Origin: Lytechinus pictus
Lineage: Eukaryota
Assembly: GCF_037042905.1 (NCBI RefSeq)
Contig: NC_087263.1
Location: 10,046,001-10,110,000, forward strand
Length of the DNA: 64,000 nucleotides
Direction of reading: 5' to 3'
Each line of letters starts with the position of its first letter. Within the stretch, counting starts at the first letter, position 1. The translations under genes and the position numbers were made by a program. This document shows positions 13,463-25,352 of this stretch, one piece after another. The notes beneath the pieces were generated by a model. That model was not told where the DNA came from, did not search any database, and worked only from the letters and a program-made list of their open reading frames with translations.

Positions 13463-13493
<31 letters not shown>

Positions 13494-14458
13494 TTCATTT
13501 ATTTATTTATTTTATTTGTATTATTATTATTATTTTTTTTTTGGGGGGGGGGGGGGAATGTACGCATTAGGATGATACTAAGTAATTAACAATTCAATGA
13601 ATCAAATCATACTCGAAGGCCATAGGCTGGCCTATGGACATGATGGAGGGATGATGCTAGCTAGCTCGCGCCTGCTAAATTTACGAGTACGAAATCGCGC
13701 GGAGCGTTGGCGCTCTACTTAAAAAAATCCAACTAGCAAATTGCTAAAAATTTCATCAAAATTGGATGTTAACTAAGAAAGTTTTTAAGTTTCGCTTATT
13801 TTTCACAAAACAGTTATTTGCACATCTCAGTGACATGCAAATGAGACAGTCGATGACGTCCATCACTCACTATTTATTTTGTTTTTTATTGTTTGAATTA
13901 TACAATATTTCATCTTTGACAGATTTGACATTAAGGATCAACTTGACTAAATCATATATTACGAAAACAATGCTAATTCCACATGTTCAGGGAGAAATTA
14001 AGCTTTGTTTCACTTGACAATGAGGAGAAAATTAGAATATTTCTAAATGACATACAAAAGAAATAGTGACTGGATGACGTCATCAGTCTCCTCATTTGCA
14101 TACCGACCAGGATGTGCATATAACTATTTTGTGAAATTAAGTGAACCTTTAAAATGTCTATACTTTCTTATTTTACATCTTATTTTTATGAAATTTTCAG
14201 TGTGATGCTTATTGGATTTTTCTCTTTTATTCAAATCAACTAATGGTTTGGGTGGACTTGTCCTTTAAATTTTAACATGAATATCAAAATTTGAATTAGT
14301 TTAAAAAGGTGTTTGGGCGGGAGAAAGATAATAATAACACATCTTAAGCGGGAAACACATGGCCTGGGCGGGAGATATTAAATCTCGAGCGGGAGAACGG
14401 GAGATTTTGCGAAAATGGGCTTGTGAATGGTCCGAAAGCGGGAGAGTTGGAGTCTCTG
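13083..14458. mobile_element. TIR element (CAGAGACTCCAA-type termini) hosting nested MITE pieces
   Basis: cagacactccaa ... ttggagtctctg; ACTCGT directly repeated on both flanks; repeated GCGGGAGA near the right end. Confidence 0.55.
13740..14267. mobile_element. Left-truncated copy of the same Kolobok-like MITE
   Basis: Ends gggtggacttgtcctttaa; body homologous to 15450-16045. Confidence 0.7.
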
Positions 14459-15270
14459 ACTCGTGCCTAGTTCGCTTCTCTTGGAATCTAAGACCTATGG
14501 AATCCTTAGTTAGAGCATGGACCTATAAGAAATGGACGATTAACGCGAGCATTCTTTTGATGCAATCATAGTCGCCGTCTCCTGATTATGTGCATATTAA
14601 TGATAACATACATGTGCTCTGACAATAGCGACTACCAAGGCGAATCTGATCTTTACAAAGGAATGTTTTCCTCTTTTTGTCGTTTGTTGGCTGATGTCTT
14701 GTAACAGATTATACCTTTCAGTTAAGATGTTTCAGATTTGGAACAGCAAATTGAGAAGCAGACGATTTTTGTGATATCAAATCTATTATTATCGATTTGC
14801 ACGCTTCTGCACACTCATAATGACTTCTTTAACAACGAGAGGGGGACGGCCCCTACAAGAAACCCACCATGTTTTTCTGGAATATTATGAAGAAATCTTT
14901 AAAATGTGATTATAAATTACAATCAATCAATTTCATTTCAGCCTCTATCTTGAAATATTCATACATTTTTCCAAATAAAAACCTTGGAAACCAAGATAAC
15001 CATTTGTAAACCAGAACTGCACATTAATTTCGGAGAATTTAGGTAATTTATTACCTTCTGCGCATGCAGTTTGTCTAATTGTTATCTGTCTAATCACCGA
15101 AAGCTTCTGTAACTCAGGGTTTAATTGACGGCGACCATGATGGTATCACAGGAGATAAATATGAAGAGAATGTTATTCACATGACAATGACAGTCAGATG
15201 TTAGTGAATTCATTAACTAACCGATGAATGTCCAGCTTTCATAGGTCCATGGTTAGAGCTAGTATCTTTA

Positions 15271-15431
15271 TACCTTGGTCACATTTGCTCTACGGCGGCC
15301 GTACGGCGAGTCGAAAACAGCCGTTTTATTAATTTTGATTCAAACCACCTGTATGTAGTTGGACAAAAAATGTTAAAACGGCTTTTTCGACTCGCCGTAC
15401 GGGCCGCCGTAGAACAAATGTGACCATGGTA
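15271..15431. mobile_element. Palindromic MITE
   Basis: ~58-bp near-perfect inverted arms (taccttggtcacatttgctctacggcggcc...). Confidence 0.8.
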
Positions 15432-15449
15432 TTATCCCTTGATGTTTAA

Positions 15450-16045
15450 AGGACATGTCCACCCGTACAAAATGATGATTTATATAAAAAGAGAAAAATC
15501 CAGCATAACGCTGAAAATTTCAACAAAATCGGATGTAAACTATTATGACATTTTTATTTTCGCTTAATTTCACAAAACAGTTATATGCACATCCCGGTCG
15601 CTAAGCAAATGAGGGAACTGATGACATCGCTCATTCACTATTTCTTTTGTATTTTATTATATGAAAATGTGAAATATTCAAATTTTCTCCTCATTGTCAT
15701 TTGAATTTTTTTTTTATTTCTCCCTGAAAATGTGGAATTACTATTGTTTAACATTATATGGTTCAGTCAAGTTGGTCCTTATTTTCAAATCTTTAAAAAT
15801 TGAAATATAATTTAAACGATATAAAACAAAAGAAATAGGGAGTGAGGGACATCATCGATTCTTTCATTTGCATGTGACTAAATTATGGATATAACTATTT
15901 TTTGAAAAATAGGCCGAAATTTCAAACTGTCACAACTTTCATACTTTACATCCGATTTTGATGAAATATTCAGCATTATGCATTTTATGCTTGTCTGTTT
16001 TTTCTCTATTGATGTAAATAAAAAAATATGGGGTGGACTTGACCT
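15450..16045. mobile_element. Kolobok-like MITE (TTAA-flanked, AGGACA.GTCCACCC termini)
   Basis: TTAA|AGGACATGTCCACCC ... GGGTGGACTTGACCT|TCAA with internal inverted symmetry; relatives at ~13740-14267 and 22060-22632. Confidence 0.75.
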
Positions 16046-16594
16046 TCAAATAATGTAGCGCATTGGAAATGAAACTGCGGTATATTGGCGACTCGTCAAC
16101 GACATCCGTTTGTCAACCTACTGAATAGAGCAGTATTTAGTGTGCTTTGTGTTTAAACTTCAGGTTCTGGAAAAGTGTGGAACTCCTAAGCATCGAGAGC
16201 TCGATCATTTTTAGTGTCTCGATGGACGACGATGCTACTCTGTGGACAGTTGAAGCTGGGGCATTGCATTCTGGGAAGACCTCGAGGGGTACAAAGGCAC
16301 TCTTGAACTCTTTGGAGGCATTATCCCACGAAAGAGCTCTTTAGGAGGCACCAATGCACACTATGCATAAGAACTTTGAAACCAGCAGAGCAACTGCTAT
16401 CCATTAAAAGAAGGAAAGATGAAATCAAAGTCCCTCATTTTTTTATTCCTTTCACATGAGGATATGGACCTCTGCAGATGCCTTGCCTGCGTACTCATAA
16501 GTCGCATCGGCAGGATAATTCATTGTATGCAGAAACCGATTGATTCAGCATGCAAAGAGGATATTTCCATGCATTCACGACCGTAAACTAATTA

Positions 16595-19500
16595 TTTGAG
16601 GATCGCGTTATATGACCTACAGGCAATGACCAAGATCCCACTTACAAAAACTACAAAAAAATACCGTACATGTAAAGTGTGGGGTGGTGCGGGTGTTCCT
16701 ACAATTACAATTATGGTATGTGTGTGAGAGTTGGTGGTGGGTTTGATGCGCATGGGCGTTGAGCGCGTGAGTGTGAGTCACTGTGAAGAACACAGTCCCT
16801 TTATCACACTGCAAAAACTCTGGTGTTGATGTAACACCAGCCCGGAATCTATGTCCACACCAGAGAAGTGTTAAACAACACCAGTTTCGTTTTGGTCTAA
16901 CACCAGGAAGATGTTTATACAACACCAATTAATATTAAAACAACACCAATTTGGAATCAAACCGATGCTGTTTAAATACTAATTGGTGTTGTATAAACAC
17001 CTTTCTGGTGTTGTATAAACACCTTTCTGGTGTTAGACCAAAACGAAACTGGTGCTAACACTTCTCTGGTGTGGACATAGATTCCGGGCTGGTGTTAAAT
17101 CAACACCAGAGTGTTTGCAGTGCATGTTTATGCATATAGATTATGTATGTTTGTGTGAGGGGTTGTGTGTGGGTGTGTATGTAAGAGTATCACCTTGATG
17201 TGTGTTAAAAAAATCATGACCAATTGCAAATTGAATAAGTTGTCCCATGATATTGTCATATATGGGCTTCAGGGCAGAAAAAGTGTGGCAAACTGAGGGT
17301 TTAATAAATCTCAAGTTATTTTGCAATGTTGTTTCGACAATGTTTGATATTCTTGGGAAGTTTAGTTCATTTATCAGATTAGATAAAGTTAAAAAAAGAA
17401 ATGAGAAAATTCACTGAGAAAGCACAATTTCAGAATCCTATTAGACAAGATTGATTGATTACGATAAGATCTACCCTTTGAAATATTGGCTTCAAAATAG
17501 ATGACAACTCGTACGTGTAGTTATGTGGCTCGTTTGATACTATAGTTGCCTTTTCACCAAGGTTTTGAATGTGTTTGGAACATTACAATAAAAAATGATT
17601 CACCATTTTTATTTCCTGGTTGTCTTATTTTGCAAATCTTTCCATCGATTGGTTATAAATGCTGACTGCATGTTAAATTTTAACAGAGCATAGCATGCGT
17701 ACCTAAGTTTAACCCCACACACGCATACACACACAAACCACTCATTTAAAGGGATGGTCCGGGCTGAAAATATTTATATCTTAATACATAGAGTAGAATT
17801 CAATGAGCAAAATGCAGAAAATTTTAATCAAAATCGGATAACAAATAATAAAGTTATTGAAGTTTAAAGTTTAGCAATATATTTTTTTAAACAGTCGTCA
17901 TGAATATTCATTAGGTTGGCTGATGATGTCACATCTCCACTTTCCGTTTTCATATGTTATTACATAAAATCATATATTTTCCATTATTTCATACTTGTGT
18001 GAATAATATGTCTCCCTTATAATATTATATTATTATTATAATTTCATGATTATATTTTTCTACATTTTTTTTTTAATTTATCATTATTATTACTGCTGTT
18101 GTTATCATTGTAATTATTATCTAAATTACTTTCTCTTAATTTTGTAGTCGCTGATCCACTTTACTCTGATATTTTTGTAGATTACTTGTTTTAAGCTCGT
18201 CTCCGTCCGTCTCCATCTGTGTATATAGTTACGTTAATTATATATTGAAACTAAGTTTAGGGACTTGCCTTTCCTTTACAATCTTTGCTTTTCATGGCAG
18301 TTCAGTTCAGTTCCACATTTTATTTACAGCCAAAATAAATGCAAATTACTTTAGTTTCTGTTTAATTTATCTTTAATATTTGTTATGGAATATCATTGAA
18401 TTGTCTGTGCTATTTCTTTTCAGTTTTGTTGAATGGAAATGAATAAATCTAAAATTGAAAATCTACTCATCAGTCGCATCCTTGGTTCAGTTAACCAGTT
18501 ATTTGAGGATTGGGTTAGGGGTCTGATGGCCCCCATTTAGGCAATGACCAAGTTCCCAAATTACCCAAAATTACCGTACATGTAATATGTGGTGCGAGTA
18601 TACATTGTATATTTCAGTACATAGTTATGTATTGTAGTGTGTGTTTGATGCATGTTTGTGTGTTTTTGTGTGAGCGGGTGTGTGTGTGTAAAATGAATTC
18701 ATGTTTCTAGTTAGGCGTGGGTGTGTCAGGGTGTTTGTGTGAGTGTTTACTTAATTGGTATGTTAAAAAACTTCATGACTAATATTGTGCATTGAATAAA
18801 TTGTCCCATGTTTTCAAATATAGGGTTCAGGACAGAAAGAGTGTATGACGAAAATGGAGGTCGAATGAATCTCAAATTGCAATTTCATTTTAACGTCTAC
18901 ATGATCTATGGCTCATGTTATTCTGCCCTAAATTCATATGTATATCTAATCTTCTGATATTTTCTTCTACCAGCTCAAATAAAAAAAAAATGGGAAACGC
19001 ACTGACAAAGCACAATTTCAGAATCCTATTAGACTTGATTGATTGATTATGAAAAGACCTTCCTCTTTGACTGGCTTAAAATAACTACGTGTAGTTATGT
19101 GACTCGTTTGATACTATATAGTTGTCTTTTTCATAATGGTATTGACTATATTTTGAACAGAAGCCCTCCTTTGAGGCTTTTACCTGTTATTGGCAGATCC
19201 TTTGTACCATCAGTAAATCGGTTTTTCATTCCATGTGCAATCATAGAAACAGTACTAACAAAAATCATTCACCTGTTTATTTCCTGGTTATCTTATTTCG
19301 CAAATCTTTCCATCGATTGGTTGGTTACATGATATGATTATGGTTCACATGGAAGTGCACTGCCTTGAAATGTGGGGCAATGTCAATATTCAAAAGTTGC
19401 AAAATGACACAATATTGAAAGTCACTGTTTTTTTCCGTGGTGATTAGTGAGTTTCTCAGCGGTTTCTTTTGTTTCATGCACCTCAACATCAACATTAACA

Positions 19501-20770
19501 TGGATTCAAACACAACTCCGTACAAGCAAACACATAACAAACAAACATGCGTTGGTATTTCAAACCACGACTCAAACCATGTTATCTCACAAAACCATCA
19601 CTACATAAACCATAACAAAACATCAAAATGAAGAAGCAGGGGCTTGATTTGAATGGATTTCATCTCTATTGACACAAAACAATCATGTTCTTTATTAACC
19701 ATTCATGACTATTTCTGCTCGTTTAACAGCTTTTCAATTCAGAACTCATCCAACACTTTTGAATCTTGCCCTTTTCGTAATGTCTTGAACATAACAAGCA
19801 TGGCATCATTTTAAAGAGAATTACATGTAAATGATATTTTGAATAATATCGAATATGCATCGTGTAAAATTGGGCGTTGGGAGAAATTGTTGTCCAAACT
19901 CTGATTTTTTAGGGGTTTATAATTATGTGTAATAGCTGGTATGTGTGGGTGTTTTTGTATGAGCTGAAGTGTGTGAAAATTCCTTTGTGTATAATATTCC
20001 TATATAGGTGTGAGTGTGGGTGTTACTGTGAGTGTTGCCTTCATGACCAATTGTACATCTAATACATTTTCCTATGCTATTTTCGTATATAGGGTTCAGG
20101 ACAGAAAGAGTGTATGACGAAAATGGAGGTCGAATGAATCTCGAAATTTCGTTTTGACATCTAAGGCTCATGTTATTCTGCCCTAAATTCATATGGATGT
20201 CTAAACTTCTGACATTTTCTTCTACCAGATTAAATCTTACTATAAAAAATGGGGAAAAAGCGCAATTTCAGCATGTTCAGAATCCTATTAGACGTGATTG
20301 ATTGAGTATGATAAGACCTTCCTCTTTGACTTGTTAAAAATAACTACGTGTAGTTATGTGACTCGTTTGATACTATACATTTGCCTTTTCTTCATGGTAT
20401 TGACTATATTTTGAATAGAATGCCTCCTTTTAGGCTTTTACCTGACAGAAAGAGTTGCGTTTAAACGCAAGTCAAAAAATCAATCACAAGTCCGAAATGC
20501 GCGCTGTTGATAGGTTGAAATTCAAGTTACGCTTGATTTTAGAGTTGCGATTGATTGTAACTCTTTCTGCCAAGGGCCCCTGCTGTGCAATCAGTAAATC
20601 GGGGTTTTTTTTCATACCATGTGAAATCATAAAAACAGTACTAACGAAAATTATTCACCTTTTTATTTCCTGGTTATCTTATTTTGCAAATCTTTCCATC
20701 GGTTGGTTAATAATGCTAACTGCATGTTAAATTTTTACAGAGCATAGTATGCATACCTACGTGTAATTCA
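16595..20770. repeat. Three diverged direct copies of an ~0.8-1 kb segment (~16595-17720, ~18500-19327, ~19920-20770)
   Basis: Shared blocks: cagaatcctattagac, tacgtgtagttatgtg.ctcgtttgatactata, tttatttcctggtt.tcttattt.gcaaatctttccatcg. Confidence 0.85.
16807..17122. mobile_element. Foldback MITE (CACTGCAAAAAC termini)
   Basis: Almost entirely self-complementary; relative at 36908-37131. Confidence 0.85.
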
Positions 20771-21820
20771 GTCACACACAGACCTACATACATAGCATCC
20801 ACCCTCCCACACACACACGCATTTGGCTGCTTTTACTCAAGCATTTATTTTGCTCATATAGTTTGCCACTGCATTTGTTTTTCACTACTTTTTCTTATCC
20901 TCAAATTGTATTCATGTCTAAATTTTGTTATGACACTGCTATAAATTTGTCACTTTGCAATGTACTTTAATGTCATACTACGATTAAGTTTATGTATTGT
21001 AAATTTTATTTTGACTTTACAATAAATGCAGAAACTCCTGCAAAAAAGATATATGGATGTTCAACTGTACATAATCGAGATTTATCTTTCCGTCATTGCG
21101 AGACAAAGAATACAAACACCTAACTTCTATAGATCTCGGAAAATATACTCTAATGTAATGTCTTTGACGTTAGACCTAAAGAGAACTATCATTTGATTTA
21201 TAAATGTTTTTCTTATCGAGACTTTATTAGTTACTCAATAATTATATAATGACCTACTGAAAAGGGTATGGATTGAGTCCATATTATCTATTTTGGGTGA
21301 TTTTATCAAGTTTGATTTTGGCACATGAGCCAATGGAAGTGTTGAGCGACCTGAAAAGACTAGGAGAATACAGCGCCATCATAAGTCAGTCTTGATCTCT
21401 CTGCGTTAGGTTCTCAAGGTTCTCCATGCTGAAAAAAAAGAACGATTGAACAGTACAAGTAAAATCGAACAAGCACACACACACCCAACACACACTGAAA
21501 ATTCTACAGAAATTGAACTAAGAAAAACAAAGTCATGAAATTTCAAAATTTGGCATTATTTTGATGAAACTGTTTTTTAAGAGTATTTCTCTCAATATTT
21601 GCGCAACCTGTACTTCTAAGATCAAATATGCGGCACCCGGATACGCGGTTACGAAATTACGCAGCATTATGTATTTCAAATTTGATTCTTATTTCAATCA
21701 GAAAATAAAATGCAAAAGAATTTCATACATTTATTCAATTCATTTAATGATAAAAATGATAATTAAGTCAACATATTAAGAATTACATAACATATGAGAT
21801 TTTTGTAGGCAATAACTTAC

Positions 21821-21909
21821 CTGTGTACATGGTGTAAGTGCATGTCAGTCCTCTCCCCCCCCCCCCCCATTGCTGGTTTCATGTACAAAACTACAAAATG
21901 TGTTTTCAC
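21821..21909 (-). other. Candidate upstream exon (89 nt) of a minus-strand transcript, possibly untranslated
   Basis: ttttattacttCAG acceptor and perfect CAG|GTAAGT donor; contains a G14 run; no recognisable product. Confidence 0.4.
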
Positions 21910-23814
21910 CTGAAGTAATAAAAGAGTCTTTTGCTCACAGTAGTCATTTAAATATATATTTATGACCGAAATAATTTATCACACAAATTTTGTCGATAAA
22001 CGATAAAAAGTAAAAGCTATGAAGAATATATACGTCTTTTCGATGCTTCCTACTCATAAAGGACAAGTCAACTCCAACAAAAAGTTATTTTGAATACAAA
22101 GATTAAAAAAACCAATGCAAAGATAATTGTCCAACAAGCATAGGTCTGAAAATTTCATCGAAATCTGATTTAAAACAAGAAAGTTGTGACATTTTAAAAC
22201 TTCGCTTAATTAAAAAAAACACAGTTATATGCACATCCTGGTAGGTATGCAGGTGAGGGGACTGATGGCATCACCTACTCACTATTTCTTTTGTATGTAT
22301 TATGAAATAATCTGATTTTCTCCTCGTTGTCCAGTGAAACAAAGATTTCTTATCACTGAACATGTGGAATGACCATTGTTTAACATTCTATGTTTGAGTC
22401 AAGTTGGTCCTTATTGTCAAATCTGTAAAAAAAAATGAAATATTGTATAACTCAATCAATAAAAAGGAAAATATCATCAACTCCCTCAAATGCAGATCAC
22501 TGAGTTGTGCATGTTCCTGTTTTGGGAAAAATAAGTGAAACTTTAAAATGCCATAACTTTCTTAATTTACATCAAATTTTTATGAAATTTTTATCATTAT
22601 GCTTGTTTGACTTTTTTCTATTTATTCAAATCGTGGAGCGTTGTGGCCCAGTGGATTAGTTTTCTGATTTCGAAACAGAGGGGGTGAATTATCGGATGGT
22701 CTAATACCACATGGTCTACTTATCAGTTTGTCCAACTTCACATAGTCTAAACTCATATCGTCTACAACCAGTTCGTCTAATATCCAATTCGTCTAATTCC
22801 CACTTGGTCTAATATCCAATTCGTCTAATTTCCGTTTGGGCTAATAACCAGTTGAGCTAATTTCCACTTGGTCTAATATCCAATTCGTCTAATTCCCACT
22901 TGGTCTAATATCCAATTCGTCTAATGAGCAGTTGGGCTAAAACCATTTAGTCTAATTTCCAGTTGGTCTAACACCACTTGGTCTAATTATCATTTTGTCT
23001 AATTGCCACATGGTCTAATGACCGTTTGGTCTAATATCCACTTGGTCTAATTTCCATTTAGTCTAATTTCCACTTGGTCTAATATCCAATTGGTCTAATG
23101 ACCACTTGGTCTAATAGCCACATGGTCTAATGACCACTTGGTCTAATCGGCAATAGGTATAATGACCAGTTGGGCTCATCGTCACTTGATTAATTTTCAT
23201 TTGGTCTAATTCACACTTGGTCTAATCTCCATTTATTCTAATATAGCGTCATTCATTAATTTATTTTATCTAGAATTAGCAAATATGGTACGTAATGGAT
23301 AAATACCATGCATCAGTTAATACATATCACTAGGATCCGGAGGGGTAGAGCTGAGGTAGGGCTGGTGGGCGCAAAACCTCACCGTGAAGGACTATCGATA
23401 ATGAGATATTCGCTCATCAAATGAATTATTCTAACCAAATAACATAATCATAATCATTACATCACGGCATGCACATTTACAGAACAATAAGTTGGGGACC
23501 TTGTAGCTTAAAATAGTCGAATGGCGGGGTTTCGTCAGAATAAAATTATTATGAAGAAAGGAACGAAAATGTAATGTAATTGATTGTGTGGATACGTATT
23601 TGGTAAACATGTTTATGCCTCTTTTAAATCATTGTGATGCACCATTACGGACCCTACTTGAACTTCTTCGGCCTAGTTATGCAGTTTGGGGGATTCCAAA
23701 ACTACAAAGCCATTAGATCATTAAGTTTGTTATGAATATTTTGTTTAGTTATTTCAGTAGTTAGTTTGGAGGCAAATAACAGACCAGTTAGATATAGTTT
23801 GATAGCACTATATA

Positions 23815-24055
23815 CACACTGTAAAAACTGTGGTGTTAAAACTGAAACCAATTGGTGTTAATAGAGGACCACACCTTGAGGTGTTAAAATAACACCCTAG
23901 AGATTGAACATAACACCAAAGAGTGTAAATGTAACAACCATAGGTGTTGTAATAACACCTATAGGTGTAAAACTAACACCACCAATTTAACACCGGTGTA
24001 AAATAACTGGTGTGGTCCTCTATGTACACCGGTTAACACCACAGTTTTTGCTGTG
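23815..24055. mobile_element. MITE with CACTGTAAAAACTGTGGTGTT-type termini
   Basis: Inverted termini aaaaactgtggtgttaa / ttaacaccacagttttt. Confidence 0.7.
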
Positions 24056-24764
24056 CAGGTCTATCGGGTTAGCTGCAACAACATCACTGCGACCATCTGG
24101 GTAGCAGCCATATCATTCTGACGTGTAATAACACTGTATAGTCTACGCTTGCAGACCCTTATCAGTTATCACCACAGTAGTCGTTCATCTTATATAACTT
24201 CTCATTCTGTTTTTGTTCTACTTCTTCGCCCCCTTAAAATGGATTGGCAAGGTTCCCACCCTATCAGGGAAATCAAGGAAATCAGGGATTAAAAAAAAAA
24301 AATTTCTTCAGTCAGGGATTGCCTCAAATCCGGGGAAAATGCTTAAATTGACGGCAAAATCAGCCGGGAATTTTGATCGGCCCAAAACAAAAGTCGAAAG
24401 CACTATAGTCAGTCACGACAGTCAGACTCTGTAATATTTTGTTGTATATTAAAAGAGCATTCATTGAATGACATGTTATGGTGGGGTTTTTTTAGTGTAG
24501 CCTCTTTTACTACAAGTAGGCTATAGGCCTCCTGGTACATTAGACATGCATAACAAAAAAAAATAATAATCAATGTAATTCACTGCAGCAACTTAGAAAA
24601 CATGAGAAATCGGGAATGGGTTTAAATAATTTGGGAATTTTGGAACTTCATCAGAGAAAAATCAGGGATTTTTGTTGTTGAAAAGTTGGGAACCATGATT
24701 GGGTTAAGCCAGCGTTAACTATCTACAATAGATTGTATACATAGAGGTGGATAAATAAATATAT

Positions 24765-25352
24765 ATCAAACTGTGGACATTGAGATGAGACTGTGGAGAT
24801 GAAAACTGTGTACATTGAGATGAGACTATGGAGATGAAAACTGTGTACATTGAGATAAGACTGTTTTTCCATATTTTACAGAAAAATAACAAATTTGATT
24901 GTTTTTCACCAAAACCTTCAAAAATCCCCTGAAACAGACAAAAAGATCTGTGAACATTGAGATAAGACTGCGGAGATGAAAACTGTGTACATTGAGATAA
25001 GACTATGAGAAGAAAACTGTGTACATTGAGATGAGACTGTAGAGATGAAAACTGTGTACATTGAGATGAGACTATGGAGATGAAAACTGTGCACATTGAG
25101 ATAAGACTGTGGAGATGAAAACTGTGCACATTGAGAAGAGACTGTGGAGATGAAAACTGTGTACATTGAGATGAGACTGTGGAGATGAAAACTGTGTACA
25201 TTGAGATCAGACTGTGGAGATGAAAACTGTGGACATTGAGAAGAGACTGTGGAGATGAAAACTGTGTACATTGAGATGAGACTGTGGAGATGAAAACTGT
25301 GTACATTGAGATGAGACTATGGAGATGAAAACTGTGTACATTGAGATAAGAC
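24765..25352. repeat. 35-bp minisatellite (gagactgtggagatgaaaactgtgtacattgagat)
   Basis: Period 35 (e.g. 24781 to 24816); interrupted by an ~90-bp block that recurs at ~25352-25440. Confidence 0.95.

Noticed and set aside
24765..25352. CRISPR-like array (35-bp repeats)
   Set aside because: Head-to-tail repeats without unique spacers, no cas genes, eukaryotic context. The 50400-51000 array also has mutually related spacers.
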